64,000 bases of DNA, from assembly GCF_009914755.1 (NCBI RefSeq), contig NC_060939.1; one strand, given 5' to 3'. The position numbers were made by a program, and so were the translations under genes. Positions 1-12,100 of the stretch are shown here, piece after piece. Every line of letters begins with the position of its first letter. Position 1 is the first letter of the stretch. The stretch comes from the human T2T-CHM13v2.0 reference genome, Homo sapiens. The notes under the pieces were generated by a model, which was given only the letters and a program-made list of their open reading frames with translations, did not search any database and was not told the origin of the DNA.

Positions 1-620
1 AGTTGAATGCACACATCACAAAGAAGTTTGTCAGAATGCTTCTGTGTGGTTTTAATTTGAAGATATTTCCTTTTCCAAAACAGGCCTCAAAGCTCTCCAA
101 ATATCCACCTGGTTATTCTGCAAAAAGAGGGTTTCAATACTACTCAATAAAAAGGAAGATTCAACTCTGTGTGAGGAACGCATTCATCACAAAGAAGTCT
201 CTCTGAATGCTTCTGTGTAGTTTTCATATGAAGATATTTCCTTTTACACCACAGGGTGCAAAGAGCTCCAAACTTCCACTTGCAGATTCTACAAAAAGAG
301 ATATTCAAAACTGTACAATCAAAAGATAGTTTCAACTCTGCATGTTCAATGCACACATCACAAAGAACTTTCTCTGAATGCTTCTCTGTAGTGTTTGTTT
401 ATGGGAAGACATTTGCTTTTCCACTATCGGGTGAAACAGGGCTCCAAGTATCAACTTGCAGATTCTGCAAAAAGGAGATGCAAAACAGCTAAATCAAAGA
501 TAACTTCAACTATTTGAGTTGAAGGCACACAGAAAAAAGAAGTTTCTCAGAATACCTCTGTGTAGTTTTTATGTGAAGATATTTGATTTTCCACATTAGA
601 CCACAAAGTGTTCCAAATAT
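1..620 (-). repeat. Monomeric/diverged alpha satellite flanking the HOR array (~3.6 monomers)
   Basis: These are alphoid monomers that do not match the HOR in register. For example, 551-620 differs at many positions from the in-phase HOR monomer at ~3795-3864. In-register similarity begins at about 621 (matching ~3865 onward). The boundary is approximate. Confidence 0.75.
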
Positions 621-3165
621 CCACTTGCAGATTCTACAAAAAGAGTGTTTCAAATCTGCTCAATCAAAATAAACTTTCAACTCTGTGAGATCAATGCACA
701 CATCACAAAGAAGTTTCTCAGAATGCTTCTGTGTAGTTTTTTTTGTGAAGATATTTGAATTTCCACAGTAGGCTTCAAAGCACTCCAAATATCCACTCGC
801 AGATTCTGCAAAAAGAGAGATTCAAATCTGCTGAATCAAAAGATAGGTTTAACTCTGTGACTTCAATGCACACCTCACAAGGGTGTTTCTCAGAAAGCTT
901 CTGTGTAGTTTTTATATGAAGATATCCCCTTCTCCAAAGCAGATCTCAAAGCCCTCCAAATATTCACTTCAAGATTCTACGGAAAGATTGTCTCAACACT
1001 GCTAAATCAAAACAAAGGTTCAACACTGTGTGATGAATGCACTCATCACAGAGAAGTTTCCCTGAATGCTTCTGTGTAGTTTTTATTTGACGATATTTGC
1101 CTTTCCAGTATAGGGCGAAACAGGGCTCCAAATATTCACTTGCAGATTCTACAAAAGGAGAGATTCCAAACCGCTCAATCAAAACATAGGTTCAGCACTG
1201 TGAGTTGAATGCACACATCGCAAAGAAGTTTCACAGAGTGAAACTGGGTAGTTTTAATTTGAGGATATTTCCCTTTCCACAATAGGCCTCAAAGCTTTCC
1301 AAATATCCACTTGCAGATTCTGCAAAAAGAGAGATACAAAACTGCTCTATCAAAAGATAGATTCGACTCTGTGAGTTGAATGCAAACGTCGGAAAGAAGT
1401 TTCTCAGAATGCTTCTGTGTAGCTCTTTTGTGAATATGTTTCGTTTCCAACAATAGGGCGAAATGGGGCTCCAAATATCCACTTGCATTTTCTACAAAAA
1501 GAGAGATTCTAAGCTGCTCAATCAAAAGATAGTTTCAACACTGTTAGTTGAATGCACACTTCCCACAGAAGTTTCTCAGAAATGTTCTGTTTAGTTTTTA
1601 AGTGAAGATATTTCCTTTTCCACAATAGGCCTCAAATCTCTGTAAATATCCACTTGCAGACTCTACAAAGCCTGTTTCCAAACTGCTCAATCATAAGATA
1701 GGTTCAACACCGATAGTTGAATGCACACATCACAAAGAAGTTTCTCAGAAAGCTTCTGTGTAGTTTTTGATGAAGATATCTTCTTCTCTAAAACAGAACT
1801 CCAAGCCGTCCAAATATTCACTTCAAGATTCTACGGAAAGATTGTCTCAAAACTGCTAAATCAAAACAAAGGTTCAACTCTGTGGGATGAATGCATTCAT
1901 CACAAAGAAGTTTCTCTGAATGCTTCTGTGCAGTTTTTATTTGAAGATAATTGCTTTTCCAGTATAGGGCGAAATAGGGCTCCAAATATTCACTTGCAGA
2001 TCCTACAAAAAGAGAGATTCCAAACTGCTCAATCAAAAGAAATATTCTACTCTGTGGGATGAATGCAAACATCACAAACTAGTTTCTCAGAATGCTTCAG
2101 TGTAGTTTTTATGTGAAGATATTTATTTTTCCACAGTAGGCCCCAATGAGCCCCAAATATTCACTTGCAGATTCTACAAAAAGAGTGTCTCAAAACTGCT
2201 CAATCATAAAATAGGATCAACCCTGTGAGATGAATGTACGTATGACAGAGAAGTTTCTCAGAATGCTTCTGTGTAGCTTTTATGCGAAGATATTCGATTT
2301 TGCACAGGACGCCTCAAAGTTCTCCAATTATCCACTTGTAGATTCTGCAAAAAGAGAGATTCAAAACTGCTCAATCAAAAGATAGGTTCAACTCCATTAG
2401 TTGAAAGACCACATCACAAAAAAAGTTTCTCAGGATGCTTCTGTGTAGTTTTTAAGTGAAGATATTTGGTTTTCCACAGTAGGCCTCAAAGCGCTCCAAA
2501 TATCCACTCACAGATTATGCGAAAAGAGAAATTCAAAACTGCTGAATCAAAAGACAGTTTCAACTCTGTGACTTCAGTGCACACCTCACAAAGATGTTTC
2601 TCAGAATGCTTCTGTGTAGTTTTTATATAAGGATATCTCCTTCTCCAAAATGGATCTCAAAGTTCCCCAAATATTCACTTCCAGATACTATGGAAAGATT
2701 GTCTCAAAACTGCTCAATCAAACCAAAAGTTCAACACTGCGAAATGAATGCACACATCACAAAGAAGTTTCCCACAATACATTTGTGTAGTTTCTATTTG
2801 AGGATAGTTCCTTTTCCACCACAGACCAAAATGGGCTCCAAATATCCATTGCAGATGGTACAAAAAGAGAGATTCAAAACGGCTCAATACAAAGGTAGTT
2901 TCAACCATGTGATATGAATGCACACAGCACAGAGAATTTTCTCAAAATGCTTCTGTCTAGTTTTTATTTGAAGATATTATCTTTTCTACCACAGGCCACA
3001 AACTTCTCCAAATATCCACATGCAGCTTCTACAAAAAGAGAGATTCAAAACTTCTCAATCAAAAGATAGGTTCAACCCTGTGAGTTGAATGCACACGTCA
3101 CAAAGAAGTTTCTCAGAGTGCTTCTGTGTGTTTTTATGTGAAGATATTTCCTTTTCCACAACAGG
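621..3165 (-). repeat. Diverged border copy of the HOR, lacking one monomer (19-mer type)
   Basis: Collinear with the HOR but with many substitutions. The offset to the next copy is 3243-3244 bp left of ~2030 (ORF 964 vs 4208) and 3414 bp right of it (ORF 2594 vs 6008). A hybrid monomer junction lies at 2022-2038. The last private differences are near 3077-3162. Confidence 0.85.
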
Positions 3166-6100
3166 CCTCAAAGCTCTCCAAATATCTGCGAGCAGAGTCT
3201 ACAAAATGAGAGATTCAAAACTGCTCAATGAAAAGATAGGTTCAACTCTGTGAGTTGAATGCACACCTCCAAAGAAGTTTCTCAGAATGCTTCCGTGTAG
3301 TTTTTATGTGAAGATATTTACTTTTCCACAGTTGTCCCAAAGCTCTAAAATATCCACTTGCAGACCCTCCAAAAGAGTGTTTCAGAATTGCTCAATCAAA
3401 GGGAAGGTTCAATTCTGTGTGACCAATGCACTCATCACAAAGAAGTTTGTCTGAATGCTTCTGTGTAGAATTGATTTGAAGATAATTCCTTTTCCACCAC
3501 AGTCCGCAAAGGGCTAAAAATATCCACTTGCCGATTCCACAAAAAGAGAGATTCAAAACTGCTCAATCACAAGATAGGTTCAACTTGGTAATTGGAAAGC
3601 ACACATGACAAACAATTTCTGAGAATGTTTCTGTGTAGTTTTTAAGGGAAGATATTTGATTTTCAAATGTAGGCCTCAAATCGCTCCAAATATCCACTTG
3701 CATATTGTACAAAAAGAGAGATTCAAAACTGGTCACTCAAAAGTTAGGTCCAGCTCTGTGAGCTGAATGCACACATCACAAAGATGTTTCTCAGAAGGTT
3801 TCTGTATAGTTTTTATATGAAGATATTTGCTTTTCCACAATATGCCTCAAATCTCCCCAATTATCCACTTGCAGATTCTAGAAAAAGAGTGTTTCAAAAC
3901 AGCTCAATCAAAATAAACTTTCAACTCTGTGAGATCAATGCACACATCACAAAGAAGTTTCTCAGAATGCTTCTGTGTAGTTTTTTTTGTGAAGATATTT
4001 GATTTTCCACAGCAGGCTTCCAAGCACTCCAAATATCCACTCGCAGATTCTGCAAAAAGAGAGATTCAAATCTGCTGAATCAAAAGATAGGTTTAACTCT
4101 GTGACTTCAATGCACACCTCACAAGGGTGTTTCTCAGAAAGCTTCTGTGTAGTTTTTATATGAAGATATCTCCTTCTCCAAAGCAGGTCTCAAAGCCCTC
4201 CAAATATTCACTTCAAGATTCTACGGAAAGATTGTCTCAACACTGCTAAATCTAAACAAATGTTCAACTCTGTGTGATGAATGCACTCATCACAGAGAAG
4301 TTTCTCTGAATGCCTCTGTGTAGTTTTTATTTGAAGATATTTGCTTTTCCAGTATAGGGCGAAATAGGGCTCCAAATATTCACTTGCAGATTCTACAAAA
4401 GGAGAGATTCCAAACTGCTCAATCAAAACATAGGTTCAACACTGTGAGTTGAATGCACACATCACAAAGAAGTTTCACAGAGTGCTTCTGGGTAGTTTTT
4501 ATTTGAGGATATTTCCCTTTCCACAATAGGCCTCAAAGCTTTCCAAATATCCACTTGCAGATTCTGCAAAAAGAGAGATACAAAACTGCTCTATCAAAAG
4601 ATAGATTCGACTCTGTGAGTTGAATGCCAACATCGCAAAGAAGTTTCTCAGAATGCTTCTCTGCAGCTTTTTTGTGAGTATGTTTCGTTTTCCACCATAG
4701 GGCGAAATGGGGCTCCAAATATCCACTTGCATTTCCTACAAAAAGAGAGATTCTAAGCTGCTCAATCAAAACATTGTTTCAACACGGTTAGTTGAATGCA
4801 CACATCCCAAAGATGTTTTTCAGAGTGCTTCTGTGTGGTTTTTATGTGAAGATACTTCCTTTTCCACAATAGGCCTCAAATCTCTGTAAATATCCACTTG
4901 CAGACTCTACAAAGAGTGTTTCCAAACTGCTCAATCATAAGATAGGTTCAACTCCGATAGTTGAATGCACACATCACAAAGAAGTTTCTCAGAAAGCTTC
5001 TGTGTAGTTTTTGATGAAGATATCTTCTTCTCTAAAACAGAACTCCAAGCCCTCCAAATATTCACTTCAAGATTCTACGGAAAGATTGTCTCAAACTGCT
5101 AAATCAAAACAAAGGTTCAACTCTGTGTGATGAATGCATTCATCACAAAGAAGTTTCTCTGAGTGCTTCTGTGCAGTTTTTATTTGAAGATAATTGCTTT
5201 TCCAGTATAGGGCGAAATAGGGCTCCAAATATTCACTTGCAGATTCTACAGAAAGAGAGATTCCAAACTGCTCAATCAAAACATAGGTTCAACACTGTGA
5301 GTTGAATGCATACATCGCAAAGAAGTTTCACAGAGTACTTCTGGGTGGTTTTTATTTGAAGATATTTCCCTTTCCACAATAGGCCTCAAAGCTTTCCAAA
5401 TGTCCACTTGCAGATTCCACCAAAAGAGTGTTTCGAAACTGCTCAATCAAAAGAAAGGTTCTACTCTGTGGGATGAATGCACACATCACAAAGTAGTTTC
5501 TCAGAATGCTTCTGTGTAGTTTTTATGTGAAGATATTTGTTTTTCCACAGTAGGCCCCAAAGAGCTCCAAATATTCACTTGCAGATTCTACAAAAAGAGT
5601 GTTCCAAAACTGCTCAATCATGAAATAGGATCAACCCTGTGAGATGAATGTACGTATGACAGAGAAGTTTCTCAGAATGCTTCTGTGTAGTTTTTATGCG
5701 AAGATATTCGATTTTCCACAGTACGCCTCAAAGTTCTCCAATTATCCACTCGTAGATTCTGCAAAAAGAGAGACTCAAAACTGCTCAATCAAAAGATAGT
5801 TTCTACTCCATTAGCTGAAGGACCACATCACAAAAAAAGTTTCTCAGGATGCTTCTGTGTAGTTTTTATGTGAAGATATTTGGTTTTCCACAGTAGGCCT
5901 CAAAGCGCTCCAAATATCCACTCACAGATTCTGCAAAAAGAGAGATTCAAAACTGCTGAATCAAAAGACAGTTTCAACTCTGTGACTTCAGTGCACACCT
6001 CACAAGGATGTTTCTCAGAATGCTTCTGTGTAGTTTTTATATAAAGATATCTCCTTCTCCAAAATGGATCTCAAAGTTCTCCAAATATTCACTTCCAGAT

Positions 6101-9100
6101 TCTATGGAAAGATTGTCTCAAAACTGCTCAATCAAACCAAAGGTTCAACTCTGTGAGATGAATGCCCACATCACAAAGAAGTTTCTCAGAGTACTTCTGT
6201 GTAGTTTCTATTTGAGGATAGTTCCTTTTCCACCACAGACCAGAAAGGGCTCCAAATATCCATTGCAGATGGTACAAAAAGTGAGATTCAAAACTGCTCA
6301 ATCCAAAGGTAGTTTCAACCATGTGATATGAATGCACACAGCACAGAGAATTTTCTCAAAATGCGTCTGTCTAGTTTTTATTTGAAGATATTTCCTTTTC
6401 TACCATAGGCCACAAACGTCTCCAAATATCCACATGCAGCTTCTACAAAAAGAGAGATTCAAAACTTCTCAATCAAAAGATAGGTTCAACTCTGTGAGTT
6501 GAAAGCACACCTCACAAAGAAGTTTCTCAGAGTGCTTCTGTGTGTTTTTATGTGAAGATATTTCCTTTTCCACAATAGGCCTCAAAGCTCTCCAAATATC
6601 TGCGAGCAGAGTCTACAAAATGAGAGATTCAAAACTGCTCAATGAAAAGATAGGTTCAACTCTGTGAGTTGAATGCACACCTCCAAAGAAGTTTCTCAGA
6701 ATGCTTCCGTGTAGTTTTTATGTGAAGATATTTACTTTTCCACAGTTGTCCCAAAGCTCTAAAATGTCCACTTGCAGACCCTCCAAAAGAGTGTTTCAGA
6801 ATTGCTCAATCAAAGGGAAGGTTCAATTCTGTGTGACCAATGCACTCATCACAAAGAAGTTTGTCTGAATGCTTCTGTGTAGAATTGATTTGAAGATAAT
6901 TCCTTTTCCACCACAGTCCGCAAAGGGCTAAAAATATCCACTTGCCGATTCCACAAAAAGAGAGATTCAAAACTGCTCAATCACAAGATAGGTTCAACTT
7001 GGTAATTGGAAAGCACACATGACAAACAATTTCTGAGAATGTTTCTGTGTAGTTTTTAAGGGAAGATATTTGATTTTCAAATGTAGGCCTCAAATCGCTC
7101 CAAATATCCACTTGCATATTGTACAAAAAGAGAGATTCAAAACTGGTCACTCAAAAGTTAGGTCCAGCTCTGTGAGCTGAATGCACACATCACAAAGATG
7201 TTTCTCAGAAGGTTTCTGTATAGTTTTTATATGAAGATATTGGCTTTTCCACAATATGCCTCAAATCTCCCCAATTATCCACTTGCAGATTCTAGGAAAA
7301 GAGTGTTTCAAAACAGCTCAATCAAAATAAACTTTCAACTCTGTGAGATCAATGCACACATCACAAAGAAGTTTCTCAGAATGCTTCTGTGTAGTTTTTT
7401 TTGTGAAGATATTTGATTTTCCACAGCAGGCTTCCAAGCACTCCAAATATCCACTCGCAGATTCTGCAAAAAGAGAGATTCAAATCTGCTGAATCAAAAG
7501 ATAGGTTTAACTCTGTGACTTCAATGCACACCTCACAAGGGTGTTTCTCAGAAAGCTTCTGTGTAGTTTTTATATGAAGATATCTCCTTCTCCAAAGCAG
7601 GTCTCAAAGCCCTCCAAATATTCACTTCAAGATTCTACGGAAAGATTGTCTCAACACTGCTAAATCTAAACAAATGTTCAACTCTGTGTGATGAATGCAC
7701 TCATCACAGAGAAGTTTCTCTGAATGCCTCTGTGTAGTTTTTATTTGAAGATATTTGCTTTTCCAGTATAGGGCGAAATAGGGCTCCAAATATTCACTTG
7801 CAGATTCTACAAAAGGAGAGATTCCAAACTGCTCAATCAAAACATAGGTTCAACACTGTGAGTTGAATGCACACATCACAAAGAAGTTTCACAGAGTGCT
7901 TCTGGGTAGTTTTTATTTGAGGATATTTCCCTTTCCACAATAGGCCTCAAAGCTTTCCAAATATCCACTTGCAGATTCTGCAAAAAGAGAGATACAAAAC
8001 TGCTCTATCAAAAGATAGATTCGACTCTGTGAGTTGAATGCCAACATCGCAAAGAAGTTTCTCAGAATGCTTCTCTGCAGCTTTTTTGTGAGTATGTTTC
8101 GTTTTCCACCATAGGGCGAAATGGGGCTCCAAATATCCACTTGCATTTCCTACAAAAAGAGAGATTCTAAGCTGCTCAATCAAAACATTGTTTCAACACG
8201 GTTAGTTGAATGCACACATCCCAAAGATGTTTTTCAGAGTGCTTCTGTGTGGTTTTTATGTGAAGATACTTCCTTTTCCACAATAGGCCTCAAATCTCTG
8301 TAAATATCCACTTGCAGACTCTACAAAGAGTGTTTCCAAACTGCTCAATCATAAGATAGGTTCAACTCCGATAGTTGAATGCACACATCACAAAGAAGTT
8401 TCTCAGAAAGCTTCTGTGTAGTTTTTGATGAAGATATCTTCTTCTCTAAAACAGAACTCCAAGCCCTCCAAATATTCACTTCAAGATTCTACGGAAAGAT
8501 TGTCTCAAACTGCTAAATCAAAACAAAGGTTCAACTCTGTGTGATGAATGCATTCATCACAAAGAAGTTTCTCTGAGTGCTTCTGTGCAGTTTTTATTTG
8601 AAGATAATTGCTTTTCCAGTATAGGGCGAAATAGGGCTCCAAATATTCACTTGCAGATTCTACAGAAAGAGAGATTCCAAACTGCTCAATCAAAACATAG
8701 GTTCAACACTGTGAGTTGAATGCATACATCGCAAAGAAGTTTCACAGAGTACTTCTGGGTGGTTTTTATTTGAAGATATTTCCCTTTCCACAATAGGCCT
8801 CAAAGCTTTCCAAATGTCCACTTGCAGATTCCACCAAAAGAGTGTTTCGAAACTGCTCAATCAAAAGAAAGGTTCTACTCTGTGGGATGAATGCACACAT
8901 CACAAAGTAGTTTCTCAGAATGCTTCTGTGTAGTTTTTATGTGAAGATATTTGTTTTTCCACAGTAGGCCCCAAAGAGCTCCAAATATTCACTTGCAGAT
9001 TCTACAAAAAGAGTGTTCCAAAACTGCTCAATCATGAAATAGGATCAACCCTGTGAGATGAATGTACGTATGACAGAGAAGTTTCTCAGAATGCTTCTGT

Positions 9101-12100
9101 GTAGTTTTTATGCGAAGATATTCGATTTTCCACAGTACGCCTCAAAGTTCTCCAATTATCCACTCGTAGATTCTGCAAAAAGAGAGACTCAAAACTGCTC
9201 AATCAAAAGATAGTTTCTACTCCATTAGCTGAAGGACCACATCACAAAAAAAGTTTCTCAGGATGCTTCTGTGTAGTTTTTATGTGAAGATATTTGGTTT
9301 TCCACAGTAGGCCTCAAAGCGCTCCAAATATCCACTCACAGATTCTGCAAAAAGAGAGATTCAAAACTGCTGAATCAAAAGACAGTTTCAACTCTGTGAC
9401 TTCAGTGCACACCTCACAAGGATGTTTCTCAGAATGCTTCTGTGTAGTTTTTATATAAAGATATCTCCTTCTCCAAAATGGATCTCAAAGTTCTCCAAAT
9501 ATTCACTTCCAGATTCTATGGAAAGATTGTCTCAAAACTGCTCAATCAAACCAAAGGTTCAACTCTGTGAGATGAATGCCCACATCACAAAGAAGTTTCT
9601 CAGAGTACTTCTGTGTAGTTTCTATTTGAGGATAGTTCCTTTTCCACCACAGACCAGAAAGGGCTCCAAATATCCATTGCAGATGGTACAAAAAGTGAGA
9701 TTCAAAACTGCTCAATCCAAAGGTAGTTTCAACCATGTGATATGAATGCACACAGCACAGAGAATTTTCTCAAAATGCGTCTGTCTAGTTTTTATTTGAA
9801 GATATTTCCTTTTCTACCATAGGCCACAAACGTCTCCAAATATCCACATGCAGCTTCTACAAAAAGAGAGATTCAAAACTTCTCAATCAAAAGATAGGTT
9901 CAACTCTGTGAGTTGAAAGCACACCTCACAAAGAAGTTTCTCAGAGTGCTTCTGTGTGTTTTTATGTGAAGATATTTCCTTTTCCACAATAGGCCTCAAA
10001 GCTCTCCAAATATCTGCGAGCAGAGTCTACAAAATGAGAGATTCAAAACTGCTCAATGAAAAGATAGGTTCAACTCTGTGAGTTGAATGCACACCTCCAA
10101 AGAAGTTTCTCAGAATGCTTCCGTGTAGTTTTTATGTGAAGATATTTACTTTTCCACAGTTGTCCCAAAGCTCTAAAATGTCCACTTGCAGACCCTCCAA
10201 AAGAGTGTTTCAGAATTGCTCAATCAAAGGGAAGGTTCAATTCTGTGTGACCAATGCACTCATCACAAAGAAGTTTGTCTGAATGCTTCTGTGTAGAATT
10301 GATTTGAAGATAATTCCTTTTCCACCACAGTCCGCAAAGGGCTAAAAATATCCACTTGCCGATTCCACAAAAAGAGAGATTCAAAACTGCTCAATCACAA
10401 GATAGGTTCAACTTGGTAATTGGAAAGCACACATGACAAACAATTTCTGAGAATGTTTCTGTGTAGTTTTTAAGGGAAGATATTTGATTTTCAAATGTAG
10501 GCCTCAAATCGCTCCAAATATCCACTTGCATATTGTACAAAAAGAGAGATTCAAAACTGGTCACTCAAAAGTTAGGTCCAGCTCTGTGAGCTGAATGCAC
10601 ACATCACAAAGATGTTTCTCAGAAGGTTTCTGTATAGTTTTTATATGAAGATATTGGCTTTTCCACAATATGCCTCAAATCTCCCCAATTATCCACTTGC
10701 AGATTCTAGGAAAAGAGTGTTTCAAAACAGCTCAATCAAAATAAACTTTCAACTCTGTGAGATCAATGCACACATCACAAAGAAGTTTCTCAGAATGCTT
10801 CTGTGTAGTTTTTTTTGTGAAGATATTTGATTTTCCACAGCAGGCTTCCAAGCACTCCAAATATCCACTCGCAGATTCTGCAAAAAGAGAGATTCAAATC
10901 TGCTGAATCAAAAGATAGGTTTAACTCTGTGACTTCAATGCACACCTCACAAGGGTGTTTCTCAGAAAGCTTCTGTGTAGTTTTTATATGAAGATATCTC
11001 CTTCTCCAAAGCAGGTCTCAAAGCCCTCCAAATATTCACTTCAAGATTCTACGGAAAGATTGTCTCAACACTGCTAAATCTAAACAAATGTTCAACTCTG
11101 TGTGATGAATGCACTCATCACAGAGAAGTTTCTCTGAATGCCTCTGTGTAGTTTTTATTTGAAGATATTTGCTTTTCCAGTATAGGGCGAAATAGGGCTC
11201 CAAATATTCACTTGCAGATTCTACAAAAGGAGAGATTCCAAACTGCTCAATCAAAACATAGGTTCAACACTGTGAGTTGAATGCACACATCACAAAGAAG
11301 TTTCACAGAGTGCTTCTGGGTAGTTTTTATTTGAGGATATTTCCCTTTCCACAATAGGCCTCAAAGCTTTCCAAATATCCACTTGCAGATTCTGCAAAAA
11401 GAGAGATACAAAACTGCTCTATCAAAAGATAGATTCGACTCTGTGAGTTGAATGCCAACATCGCAAAGAAGTTTCTCAGAATGCTTCTCTGCAGCTTTTT
11501 TGTGAGTATGTTTCGTTTTCCACCATAGGGCGAAATGGGGCTCCAAATATCCACTTGCATTTCCTACAAAAAGAGAGATTCTAAGCTGCTCAATCAAAAC
11601 ATTGTTTCAACACGGTTAGTTGAATGCACACATCCCAAAGATGTTTTTCAGAGTGCTTCTGTGTGGTTTTTATGTGAAGATACTTCCTTTTCCACAATAG
11701 GCCTCAAATCTCTGTAAATATCCACTTGCAGACTCTACAAAGAGTGTTTCCAAACTCTTCAATCATAAGATAGGTTCAACTCCGATAGTTGAATGCACAC
11801 ATCACAAAGAAGTTTCTCAGAAAGCTTCTGTGTAGTTTTTGATGAAGATATCTTCTTCTCTAAAACAGAACTCCAAGCCCTCCAAATATTCACTTCAAGA
11901 TTCTACGGAAAGATTGTCTCAAACTGCTAAATCAAAACAAAGGTTCAACTCTGTGTGATGAATGCATTCATCACAAAGAAGTTTCTCTGAGTGCTTCTGT
12001 GCAGTTTTTATTTGAAGATAATTGCTTTTCCAGTATAGGGCGAAATAGGGCTCCAAATATTCACTTGCAGATTCTACAGAAAGAGAGATTCCAAACTGCT

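Noticed and set aside
1439-1455. CENP-B-box-like TTTCGTTTCCAACAATA in the border copy
   Set aside because: It matches only about 5 of the 9 essential positions of the reverse-strand box (NCCCGNNTNNNNCGAAN) and lacks one of the two CpGs, so it is not a functional box.
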